Source of the DNA: Trichomonas gallinae
Lineage: Eukaryota
Length of the DNA: 51,217 nucleotides
Assembly: GCA_008369845.1 (NCBI GenBank)
Contig: MRSU01010826.1
Coordinates: forward strand, 1-51,217
Reading direction: 5' to 3'
Shown piece after piece: positions 1 to 10,173 of this stretch (the first letter of the stretch is position 1; each line of letters begins with the position of its first letter). The notes beneath the pieces were generated by a model. That model ran no database searches. It was not told the origin of the DNA and saw only the letters and a program-made list of their open reading frames with translations. A program made the position numbers and the translations under genes.

Positions 1-509
1 TCCAGAAAAAAATTTATTATAATAATGAAACCTTATTTATTCAACTTAATTTTTCCGCCAAAGGTTATTCTATGGCTAGGACCTTCACCATACTATTGGC
101 TGGCATGGCACGAGCCTTAATAAATCGGCAAAAATATAGATTAATGATTTATTTATTATAATATATATTTATATTTCTGAAATAAAGTCCTTTTAACTCC
201 AAAAATTCTAAAATAATATAAATTTTTCATTTTTATAAAATTCACAAATATTATTTTTGCAATTTCAAAAACTAAAAATCGTCGATTATGATTATAATAA
301 TCATTCATATTTGTTCATAAAATAGATATTTCATTTAACAAAAACACATAAATCCCAATTATATATTTTGATATTTTATTTATGATCGACAATAGTATAA
401 AATTTGATTGAATTATTAATATTTATGCCATTTATAAATCAATGATTATGTTGAAAAATGACGAAAATGGTTATAAAGAAAAAACGTGTTTTTTAAAAAA
501 ATAGCAAAA

Positions 510-2492
510 ATGAAAGCGAACTCTAAAGCTCTTCCACCTTTGGCGCCTCCGCCTCAATCCCGGCCTGAGCTTAAGAAGATTACGTCGCTTGTCAACAAAG
601 CGTTGACGTCAACGAGTCTTAAAGAGAAGAATGATATTCTACAAGAAATGCGCGTAATGTGGATTCCGCAGAATGAAGAACTCGAAAACATTCTTACAGC
701 CAATACAGAGAAATCCGCTGAACTCGAAAAAATGCAAAAACAAATGGTAACTCTTCAAAATACTTGCGACACGTTAAAAACAAACACTTCGTTCTATTAC
801 AAAGCTGAAATGATAAGATCGAGACGCAGTGAAGCTACAATCGAGCGCTCAATTAAAAGTACTGAAGCAGAACTTACAAAAATTGCATCCGTTAACTTTC
901 CTCAGAAGCTTTCTCAAGTTAACGAGCTGAAAGAACAACCAGATCAGTTTTTGTTTACATTGATCGACTTAAATCTCGCGCGTCTCGAAGAAATGGCATA
1001 TGCTTATAAAAAACGTTTGCTTATTGTTGAACAGAGCCAAGAATCTACGGATCTCATTCTCAAAGAGTTTGGCTCAGTATATGGACTTTTAGATCGCGAA
1101 AAACAGCTTGCAGACGAAAATCAAAAATTGAGAGACGAAGAAAAATCATATATTAAGGATGCTTTCACTCGCCGCCGCAAATTTGCCGAAATGCCGCCTG
1201 TTGTCGCACGTAATTTGTCCTCTGTTTTCAAGAGAAGCATCGAATTCGAAAAAGATATGCTCGAAAACTTTTCTGGCTGCAATTTCGAAGTTCCGGACGT
1301 ACAAGGTTCGGATTTAGATTTCGATGCAATATGTAGGGACGCTGGTTTCACAACAGAACCGAATTATTTTGAAGAACAAGAATTTTCTTCAACATCAGAC
1401 GAGCTCGCGGAGCAATTAAACAACGCTAAGGACTCAAGAGATAGGCTTAGAATCCTCCGCGAACTGATCCACGTAATGGAAACTAACAATGCAAAATTAA
1501 TGCAAGATATAACAGCTTGCAGACAAAAAAGAAGGCCACACCAAGAGACACCGCAAACACGTCTCGACAAATTACTCGAAGAAAATGATCATTTGTTCGA
1601 AAGAGTCGCTGCAGCACAAGATTCTCTCGAAAAAAACACAGAAGAGTCATGCGCGTTAGCTAAAGATGTTTTGACTATGATGAAGCATAGAAGCGGATTC
1701 CAACAAGCTTTCGTTGACACAATAACACAATTAAGAGATTTATCAAAGGGCCACACAGTTGTTAAATCGATGCTTTCTCTAGATAAGGATATAGTATCAA
1801 CAATAACAATGGTTACAAGCGCATTAGGCAAATATCTATTAGAATCAGATTGCAACGCAATGAGAACGCAGCTTGAGAGCGAAGTCAACAGCAGCGCGAA
1901 AGCCTTGGAAGATGCTCAGCCACCCCCACCAGTAGTAACAGCTCCACCTAAAGAAGAAGTCCACGAAGAAGAAGTCTCTATGATGTCTTTAGCCACAAGA
2001 CAGAAGAAACCGAGAAAACCGAGGCAGCACAAAGACAATGTAAGCACTGGAAGGCCAACAGACAAGAATTCCGTGACTCCTGAGGTTGCATCAACATTAT
2101 CTCTCGAAATTCCTCAGCCAATCAGCTCCATCGTCGAGAAACCGCTGAACCCATCCGAGCTGTTGATGGGCGCATCAAGGGCGGAGCTTTTGAACGCTGT
2201 TTCGCTGGCCCTGGATTTGGGAGGCTTCACAGTAGGTATAAATCTTGGCCTCCACGACTTGTTCCACGACTCATTCAAGAACATGCTCAGCCAGTTCAAG
2301 AGCGACACGTCAGCCCACATGCAGACGTTCGGTCAGCACATGGCTGAGAACTTCGGAACAATAAGATTGTGCTCGAATAGGATCCTCGTCAAACAGAAAG
2401 AAAACGTCGCAATTCAGACAGAAGCGGCACCGAGAAGCGATGAATGTATACAGGTGGGTGAGGAGCCGCATACAGGAAGGAAGTCTAAGTGA
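510..2492 (+). CDS. Hypothetical long coiled-coil protein (660 aa)
   Basis: Long ORF with coding-like GC content. First ATG at 510 after an A-rich leader (the ORF-track start at 486 is GTG). E/K/Q/L-rich heptads and a Pro-rich linker; U-rich 3' flank. Confidence 0.85.
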   Translation: MKANSKALPPLAPPPQSRPELKKITSLVNKALTSTSLKEKNDILQEMRVMWIPQNEELENILTANTEKSAELEKMQKQMVTLQNTCDTLKTNTSFYYKAEMIRSRRSEATIERSIKSTEAELTKIASVNFPQKLSQVNELKEQPDQFLFTLIDLNLARLEEMAYAYKKRLLIVEQSQESTDLILKEFGSVYGLLDREKQLADENQKLRDEEKSYIKDAFTRRRKFAEMPPVVARNLSSVFKRSIEFEKDMLENFSGCNFEVPDVQGSDLDFDAICRDAGFTTEPNYFEEQEFSSTSDELAEQLNNAKDSRDRLRILRELIHVMETNNAKLMQDITACRQKRRPHQETPQTRLDKLLEENDHLFERVAAAQDSLEKNTEESCALAKDVLTMMKHRSGFQQAFVDTITQLRDLSKGHTVVKSMLSLDKDIVSTITMVTSALGKYLLESDCNAMRTQLESEVNSSAKALEDAQPPPPVVTAPPKEEVHEEEVSMMSLATRQKKPRKPRQHKDNVSTGRPTDKNSVTPEVASTLSLEIPQPISSIVEKPLNPSELLMGASRAELLNAVSLALDLGGFTVGINLGLHDLFHDSFKNMLSQFKSDTSAHMQTFGQHMAENFGTIRLCSNRILVKQKENVAIQTEAAPRSDECIQVGEEPHTGRKSK

Positions 2493-3173
2493 TATTATTT
2501 TTGTTTATTATTTTTTGATCTTTCTAAAAAATTGTTTTTTGTTCAATTTTATCCCAATATTTCGGAGTATATAGGCCTAAAGATATAGGATTTAACTCTA
2601 AAATAGTTGTGTTTTTGCCAAAACCATTTGAAAGAATGTAAAGTGTCAAAATTGAGTCATTTAATTTTTTCAATGGAAAAACGATTTTTTATTTTGAAAA
2701 ATGGTATATTTTAAATATATAACTTAGTTATATGAAAATAAAAAGTGACAATTTATATGAAATTTGACTAAATTGAATCATTTGAGAAGATGTAAATTAG
2801 AGATTTTGACAATTTATAACTTTACAAAAATGAAACTTTGAGTTTACAAAAGCATAAAAAAATCCATGGACATTTTTTCATTTTATTATTTCGAACCTAT
2901 AGACTATCTTAAAGTGATTTATTTCATTAAAACGCAGATTCAATTTTTTTGTACAACGATGTCATTATTTAGTGTAATCTGGCTTTTGCATAAGCTAAAA
3001 ACACTATTTTTATCATCAAAATCAAAAAGAAATGACCAAAAAAATTGAAGTGATTGGTCGTTAATTCTTTTTCAAATAAACCGATATGATTTATCGCAAA
3101 TATGTTGTCCTCGTCCATATCTATTATTATTGAGAGAATTCCGAAAAACGGTTTTCGCAAGATTAATTATAAT

Positions 3174-3482
3174 ATGGACAATAATTCACCTGACTTCGAG
3201 ACTTCGACCCGCAGGTTCAAGATCCTCGAAGTCATTGGCCTCATTAAGCCATTCGCTGTCATGATTCTATCATGTCTGGCTGGCATGTACTTGCTTTATC
3301 TTGCAAATATAGAAATCGCCTCCTTCATTTTACAGATTATTCTATACTTCATCGGCTGCGTCTTAATCTCACCATCGCTCGTGTTATTCTACGTGCTCTA
3401 CGGAAGTTTATTAAAGCCAAAAATCACAGTAAACCTTGTCGATCAAAACGAAAATGCTGAAACTAACCATGAAACTATATAA
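3174..3482 (+). CDS. Small membrane protein with 2 predicted TM helices (102 aa)
   Basis: Coding-like composition begins at ATG 3174 (MDNNSPDF). Two hydrophobic stretches (FAVMILSCLAGMYLLYL; FILQIILYFIGCVLISPSLVLFYVLY). Confidence 0.7.
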   Translation: MDNNSPDFETSTRRFKILEVIGLIKPFAVMILSCLAGMYLLYLANIEIASFILQIILYFIGCVLISPSLVLFYVLYGSLLKPKITVNLVDQNENAETNHETI

Positions 3483-4353
3483 TATTATAAATAAAGTGTA
3501 CTGTCTGTTTTTTACTTAACTAAACTCTGTTTTCTTTTCAATATTTTTTCTACCGATTTGTGATTATTTCATTTTTTCAGCGCATTTTTCTCGGGCGCAG
3601 GCTTCTAGCCTCTGAAATGCAGCTAATGTCTATTTTTTGTGAGACCCCATCGTTATAAAAATAAAAAATTATGCCAAAACTCAAATTCAACAGCCAACTC
3701 TTTGGCATTATATTTAATGTTTGAAACATATTTAACACCCATTAACAAAATTAGCCAACTTCTGTGAAAAAAAATAGTCGCAATTCAAAAATACTTTCAC
3801 ACTCGCCATTGTTTCTATATATAGCAAGTATTTGATGATACAAGAATAGAGATCAAGTTTTATGAGGTTATTATAAAAATATTATGAAATTTCAAGATAA
3901 CGTATCGTAACGCGTAATAAGCATGGAATCAATTAAAACACATCAACAATGAATTTATTCTCTAATAAAAATCACATAGGAAAGGTTCGTGGGAATTTGT
4001 TGGCAAATTTTAATAAAAAATCCAGTCGCGTCAATTGACATAATCGGTGGTGTCAATGCAGTAGAACCATGTGCGTCAACACTGTGTAATTCATGAATAA
4101 AAAATGTATTTTTTGTAAATTTTGACTTATAAATAGGTATTTTGGTATTATCAAGTCAGTGAGCTCATCTTCAAGAAGTTGTAAAACGATTCATACATCA
4201 CGGACCTGGTTTATGCATCTTTTTTGAAACAAATATATGAATCGTTCAAATAATATGCAAATAATTGAGTAATATGATAACCAAGAGCAGCATAGTTTGA
4301 TACAACTAAAAGAAACACTCGAATTTTGATTATTGATTTTCCTAATTTAAAAG

Positions 4354-5277
4354 TTAAAGCAGACCATACTTTTCTAGATCAATATTTCTAATCTTGTGCT
4401 TGTACTCTCCGAAATTGTCTATAGTGAGAGGAATCAAATCTCTCTTTGTTCCCATGTGAGTTCCTAAGTATGGGTGTTCGTGCTTTTCTGTAATGATTTT
4501 CACCCACGTTGAGCGATCTAAAACATAAAACTGCGGGCAGATCATCGGGAAACACATTTCTTTCTCAGTGAGAGGATCAGGAACTCCATGGAGTGGATTT
4601 AGAGGGTTATCACTAGGATCATGAAGTCCTTTTCCTATCCTATACTTTTTTCCGTTCCTAACAAATGTAATTCCTGTCAATGGCAGCGATTTAATCATTT
4701 TTGAATCTTTTTTAGTGAGATGTTGCGGTTTTTCTTTGTTGTAGTCTTCATCTTTCTCCAATCTTTCTTTTATCTTGTTGCAAAGGTCAATTGAGTATCC
4801 AATCTTCCTGGAAAACTCTTCTTTTGAAGTATCTTCCCAAAAATCCTTATATAAGTGTATAATTCTCTCTTTAACTTCTGTTGTCCAACTGGCAATAATA
4901 TCATCCACTCTTTTTTCTTCTGGAATCACTAAACTTACAGATGAAGAATTTTCGTCGACCTGACCGATATCGCGCAATTTCATCTCTGTTTCCCTAACTA
5001 CTTTCTGCTTGTAGTCGTAACTAGACCCTAAATTTTCCTTAAATTGTGCTATATCAGCAGAATCAGATAATCCAAAAAATAATTGCAGCGGGGTAGCTTC
5101 TGGCCAGATTTCTATTAACTCTGAGTAATGGGAATTGATTTGGTTTACATAATTTTGGAATAACTTAACTTTTCGCTCTTTCGCATAATTTCTAGCAAAT
5201 TCTGACTCAATTTCTTCGAAGGAAGGGATAAATGGCACAACATCATCGTATTGAAGAATAGTTTTTGCCTTTGTCAT
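4354..5277 (-). CDS. Protein with degenerate Myb/SANT-like repeat and C-terminal U-box-like domain
   Basis: WTTEVKERIIHLY...FSRKIG...C resembles a SANT repeat. DPLTEKEMCFPMICPQFYVLDRSTW...EHPY matches the U-box pattern (xPIT.E.M..P.....G..YDR..I......PF). Confidence 0.7.
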   Translation of the reverse strand: MTKAKTILQYDDVVPFIPSFEEIESEFARNYAKERKVKLFQNYVNQINSHYSELIEIWPEATPLQLFFGLSDSADIAQFKENLGSSYDYKQKVVRETEMKLRDIGQVDENSSSVSLVIPEEKRVDDIIASWTTEVKERIIHLYKDFWEDTSKEEFSRKIGYSIDLCNKIKERLEKDEDYNKEKPQHLTKKDSKMIKSLPLTGITFVRNGKKYRIGKGLHDPSDNPLNPLHGVPDPLTEKEMCFPMICPQFYVLDRSTWVKIITEKHEHPYLGTHMGTKRDLIPLTIDNFGEYKHKIRNIDLEKYGLL

Positions 5278-5773
5278 CAGTCTATATCCTGATTTTCCAC
5301 TTCGTTATCTTCAATATGAATCCCCCTTATTTATCTTTTATGCCCCCTTTTTACATTCATTACATTGTTATTTACTGAAAAACATTAACTGAACCTAGTA
5401 TAGATATATCTATCTTCATAACAACCATTGACTTGATTATCTAAACATTCTAACGACAATTGAAATTTCAATAAAAAATATTATCAATAACTTAATGAAA
5501 ATATGTTTGCATTGAACTATTTCCAGCTCATATGTTGTATATATTTTATCCTTATAATGATAAATTGAAAATAGCAATTTTGGAGAATTAAATATTGTTT
5601 TAAGATCATAAATATTGCTGTACATATGTAAGAACTTCGATTTCCTTCTTGAAATCAATTACAAATTAAGATATTGTGCTATAAATTTATGTATTGATTA
5701 TATTAATAGTGATTGATAAAACTGTAGAGTGTTGAATTACATAAGGCCTTTTACATACAAACAACAGCCGAAA

Positions 5774-6298
5774 TTAGCATGAAGAATCAAGTAAGGATTG
5801 AAAGATCTTCCAAGCTTCAGTCGCTAGAGGATCTATTATAACCTTAGGCTTGACTATAATAGGTTTGATAATCTCTGGTTTCAAGCATTCGAAGATCCAG
5901 AAAACGATTGTAGGTAAAAATGTTGTTGAACTCTTCAAAACGCTTTTAATTGTTGAAGAGCGCGTTGAGTTTACAGCCTTTGTGTAGTCAGTGAATGCAC
6001 CAAGAGCTGATTCGAGTGAGTTATTTGTTTCTACGAGTTGATCTAAGAATTTATGATTTCTTTTTGCGTTGAAATTGCAGACAGCTTCGTTGAATCTGTT
6101 AGCAGCAGACTGTAGAGATGATGCATCTTCCAGTAAAATCTGTGTTTCGTTCAACTTTGTCTGATGTGGAACAATGCAATCCTTCGCTCCAGCGATTGCG
6201 TTGTTGAGAGACAGGCGGGTCTGTGTAAGGGGGCCTTCTACTTGTGGAACTATCGGAGAATTGCTCATCAAGCTGCGTTTTGATGGGCTGTGGTCCAT
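5774..6298 (-). CDS. Hypothetical protein (174 aa, helical/coiled-coil)
   Basis: ATG-initiated ORF with coding-like GC; no recognised domain. Confidence 0.75.
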   Translation of the reverse strand: MDHSPSKRSLMSNSPIVPQVEGPLTQTRLSLNNAIAGAKDCIVPHQTKLNETQILLEDASSLQSAANRFNEAVCNFNAKRNHKFLDQLVETNNSLESALGAFTDYTKAVNSTRSSTIKSVLKSSTTFLPTIVFWIFECLKPEIIKPIIVKPKVIIDPLATEAWKIFQSLLDSSC

Positions 6299-6495
6299 AC
6301 GATCAATATAAAAATAAAAATTCTAAACTATTCCACAGAATTAGAAACCATAATGTCACTTTTCAGAAATTCTGTGTTGTAAACATCATTAAAATTTATC
6401 AAAAGTGACAAAATAAATTTGGAAAATCTGCCAGTTAGCGCTGATTCAGTTTTATCACTATAATCTACTACTGTATTCGCTATAATTCAATTTCC

Positions 6496-6672
6496 TTGCT
6501 CCTGCTTGGTGATATCTGATTGCTTTGGCTCTATATTGAGGTAGATGAGGTTCAAGGATGGTATCTCTATTTACGAAAGCAACTAGAAGCACTTTGATAT
6601 TATAACTAGCCTCCTTATTAGTTATATTTCAACACATTTGTTCCTGCTTGGTCATATCTGATTGCTTTGGCT
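6496..6672. repeat. Two 35-bp direct repeats (6496-6530 and 6638-6672)
   Basis: TTGCTCCTGCTTGGTGATATCTGATTGCTTTGGCT vs TTGTTCCTGCTTGGTCATATCTGATTGCTTTGGCT; 33/35 identical, period 142 bp. Confidence 0.9.
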
Positions 6673-6997
6673 ATTTTGATCTTTGAGATTATCTCTTTAT
6701 GTTTTGTAAATGGTTCGTATAAGAACAAAATCTTCTGAATACACTTTATTATATGTATTATCGCCCAAAGTGAAGATATTTTAATATTTCATTTTCCCGG
6801 CCAATTACATCCTCAATATATTCATGACAAGATATATTCCGATAAATATGCTTAACACCTTCTAATTTTTCATTATTAAAGAATTCAATGATTAAATATT
6901 CGATTTGGACTTAGTAATTAAAGTAAAATATAGTAATAAAGTTAACAAATATAATATTTAATCTAACATTCATTCAAAACAAACTAATTTTGTAAAA

Positions 6998-8617
6998 TCA
7001 CTTATTTGAGCCAACAGACTTTTCAATTTTGGTCATTCTATCCTCCAGTCCTTTCATCTTGCATAAAAGATCAAGATAAATTGTGTTAATTTGCTGACTC
7101 ATTGACTCGAAGCGTTCATTCATAAATCTCATTAAAACTTTGGCTGTTTTCTGGTCACATTCTTCATCTTTGTCGTCAATATCACTATAATCATAAGAAA
7201 CATCAGATTTGACTTCTGGTTCCGGTTTCTTCTTCTTTGGAACTAGTTTCTTTGTTTTTTCGATGAATTCTGGTTCTGGTGCGTTAAACTTTGGTGATGT
7301 CGGAATTCTTGGCGGTGTCTGTGCTATATCCTGTACTTTCTTCTCTTGTGGCTTAGTTTGAGGCAAATCAACTGAAATTGGATCAATTTTCATGAATTCT
7401 GGCTTTGCAACTTCTGTTTCTATAACTGGCTCTTTATATTCTGCAAGCTTTTCCATGTTGATGTTTGCATCAACGCTTTTTTCGATTGGCTGAACAGCAT
7501 TTTGTCTCCTTCTTGTTATAAACTTTCTCGCTGACTCTGGCTGGTCAACAGAGGCTTCTTGTTTGATTTTTTCTATGATTGATGGTGTTTTCGTTGTTGT
7601 TTTGGTTATCGTCGTCGATGATGTTGTTTCTTCTGTATAAACTTTTCCTGTTTCTTTTGCCTTCTTTTTGATTGTCAAGACTATGTCCGTGATGTCGTCT
7701 CCAGCACGTATTGGTAGTGTTTTATCTGCTGGCATGAAGGCGAATGGGCACATCGCGCTTGTGCTTGTTCCAATTTGGATTGTTTTCTCTGGTTCTTGCT
7801 GCACGCAGTAAATTGAATCGCCTTGGATTCCGACAGCGAAGTACTGGCATTGCTTGTCGAAAACTGCGGAGAGCACAGACCCAGAGAACTGCTTGGATGC
7901 TCTAAGAGCGAAATCAGTCTTTTCGTATACATTAAACTTGCCACTTTTGAAGCCGACGGCAAAAGTATGGATAAGCTGCGGAGAAACTGCGATGCAAAGC
8001 GGTAAATCGTCTGTGAGAAGCTTCTTTAGTTTGTCCTTGTCAACACTTCTCGTTTGCAATTGGTCATGTATCCAAATTCCTTTAACAGTTGTTATAATTA
8101 GCCAATTTGTTGTTTCATCGTAGACTAAGTCTGTAATTGGTCCATTTCCTGACGTCCAGCCGGGTAAAAGTGATACTTTTGTGTCTGTTTCTACAAAGAA
8201 TTTGCTGATTTTACCTTTAGAATCGCCGCCAAAATAAGCTATCGGCTCTTCTATGCAGGCAATAGCTGTAATTGAGTGCGTGTGTCCACCATGTGAGCTT
8301 ATTTGAGCAATAATAGGGAAATTAGAAATGTCATACAGCGCAATTTTGTTATCTGTGTTTGATATTACTGCATATTTTCCGTTTTGCGATAATTTGATTT
8401 TATTAAGATTGTTAAATTCAGTTGTGCTCGATGTTATCACTTTAGAAATGAAATTATACTCATAAATTTTGTCATTCTTTGTAACATAATACATTTTGTT
8501 CTGTTTTGGATGAACATCAATGGAAGATACTATCGCTCCATTCAAATCGATGCTGACTGGAATGGCGGGATGTGATATATCATATATGTTAATCGAGTTA
8601 TCGCAATACAGCAACAT
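6998..8617 (-). CDS. WD40 beta-propeller protein with C-terminal coiled coil (NEDD1/GCP-WD-like architecture)
   Basis: WD-like repeats (GHTHSITAIAC...GGDSKGKISKF; VLSAVFD...FAVG), a disordered Thr/Pro/Lys middle and a terminal helix. Start placed at the second ATG (8617) because the upstream ATG lies inside a promoter motif copy. Confidence 0.8.
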   Translation of the reverse strand: MLLYCDNSINIYDISHPAIPVSIDLNGAIVSSIDVHPKQNKMYYVTKNDKIYEYNFISKVITSSTTEFNNLNKIKLSQNGKYAVISNTDNKIALYDISNFPIIAQISSHGGHTHSITAIACIEEPIAYFGGDSKGKISKFFVETDTKVSLLPGWTSGNGPITDLVYDETTNWLIITTVKGIWIHDQLQTRSVDKDKLKKLLTDDLPLCIAVSPQLIHTFAVGFKSGKFNVYEKTDFALRASKQFSGSVLSAVFDKQCQYFAVGIQGDSIYCVQQEPEKTIQIGTSTSAMCPFAFMPADKTLPIRAGDDITDIVLTIKKKAKETGKVYTEETTSSTTITKTTTKTPSIIEKIKQEASVDQPESARKFITRRRQNAVQPIEKSVDANINMEKLAEYKEPVIETEVAKPEFMKIDPISVDLPQTKPQEKKVQDIAQTPPRIPTSPKFNAPEPEFIEKTKKLVPKKKKPEPEVKSDVSYDYSDIDDKDEECDQKTAKVLMRFMNERFESMSQQINTIYLDLLCKMKGLEDRMTKIEKSVGSNK

Positions 8618-8635
8618 TTTTAAACGTGCACTATA

Positions 8636-8785
8636 TTTACATGACAAAAACTATATATGCATGATAAATAATATATTTACGTGTCAAATATATTTGAACA
8701 TGACATAAATTAAATATTTACGTGTCAAATGTTTGTCAAATACATTTATATATCAGAATATAATTGTTGAGATATTTACATGTCA
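8636..8785. promoter_or_regulatory. Bidirectional promoter with four ATATTTAC(A/G)TG(A/T)CAAA elements
   Basis: TTTAC cores at 8636, 8676, 8717 and 8775 in the 207-bp gap between divergent ATGs at 8617(-) and 8825(+). Confidence 0.65.
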
Positions 8786-8824
8786 AAATGTCAAAAATGA
8801 ATTAATGCATACATAGATAATGCT

Positions 8825-9775
8825 ATGGTGTTTAAAATTCGGAGTGAGTGGAATGCGTATTATAGTGGAAACTTTATTAACTACAAATACCTTGTTTTCG
8901 AAGATGGAAATCGATATTATCTTTGGGGAAATAATTTTTTAGATTTAACCAAAACTGCGGTTGATGTGTCTAGCCGTAAGTCATCCACTAAATTCCTATT
9001 TGAATGTTGTTTTTTTAACAATTTGAGTTTTGTTGATATTCCGGGAATTAGATTTAAATCTGAAGGAGAATGTGTTTTATCACGCGTATGTGTAGTTGAA
9101 TCATACTCATTAAATAATATCCAATTTGTGCTTTCCAATGTAACTGATGGAGAATATAAAAATTATGTTTTAGAATCAGCATTTGCTAATTGTGGTAACT
9201 TAGGATATGGCTATTGCACGATTCAGAGTCATCACGGAAATATAAAACATGCGAATAATAATTTATCAAAAAATTCTGGTAATGAATATGCAACAATAAA
9301 GCTGTATTATAATTACAAAGACGATGGGAAAACAAATGCATATTCAACATACTGCAATTGCTCTTCAAAAATTCATCTGATTTGTTGTTATCACAATGTT
9401 TTTTCGCATTATAAGTGTAATTTTATTTCCAATAATGGATATGTTTTGTTTAGGGCTAATCCAGCACAAGTTACCGTTTTTTCATCATTTATTTTCAATA
9501 ATATACTTAATTATACTGCAACATTAGATAATGGCGGCACTATTACAATCAGAGATTCAACTATCCTCAACAATGGAGATGCAAAGACTGGAGAAGGAGT
9601 TATTCAAAATCCTATGAATTATAGTCAATATCTTTTCTTTTTCTTGAATACAAAGCTATGCTTTGCAGAAGAACCTATTTTTATGCCAATTGGACAACCT
9701 ATAGTATGTGTACACACATGTATTTGTCGATCCACAATTGAATATTTTCTTGTGATGTGTTTTATCTTAATGTAA
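8825..9775 (+). CDS. Asn/Cys/Phe-rich putative right-handed beta-helix protein (trichomonad hypothetical family)
   Basis: 316-aa ORF with recurrent CxF/NF/SxF turns (ECCFFNN, ESAFANCG, KCNFISNN); AT-rich codon use. Confidence 0.65.
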   Translation: MVFKIRSEWNAYYSGNFINYKYLVFEDGNRYYLWGNNFLDLTKTAVDVSSRKSSTKFLFECCFFNNLSFVDIPGIRFKSEGECVLSRVCVVESYSLNNIQFVLSNVTDGEYKNYVLESAFANCGNLGYGYCTIQSHHGNIKHANNNLSKNSGNEYATIKLYYNYKDDGKTNAYSTYCNCSSKIHLICCYHNVFSHYKCNFISNNGYVLFRANPAQVTVFSSFIFNNILNYTATLDNGGTITIRDSTILNNGDAKTGEGVIQNPMNYSQYLFFFLNTKLCFAEEPIFMPIGQPIVCVHTCICRSTIEYFLVMCFILM

Positions 9776-10173
9776 TGCAGAATGTTATATAAAATCAACC
9801 ATTATTGAATTTGACACTACATTTGATCTACTATATGAATAATATATTTCAAAAAATTTTAAATAACATAATCAATCAATACTATGAGGGAGATCATATA
9901 AATAACTCCTTTTCAGATGATATACAACATTAAATCACATTCTTATGCTTCGAAAAAAATTCCAAATCAGATAATTATCTGAATGATTGAGCACAAAGAG
10001 AATATAGGCATACACATAATATATTTAGGTTGATGAGAATATCAGACATTGTTGTTAAAAGACAAAAATAATATTTTGTAAATTATTTGTAAGCGAAGTG
10101 TTTGTTATATTATATTCTCATATATGTATCAACAGAATGAAAATAGACATTTATAAATAAGTCAATTTAGTTG

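Noticed and set aside
1121..2320. Short antisense ORFs inside long genes (here and throughout the ORF track)
   Set aside because: Expected shadow ORFs of codon-biased genes.
6496..6672. CRISPR-length (35 bp) direct repeats
   Set aside because: Only two copies, a 107-bp spacer, no cas genes and a eukaryotic context.
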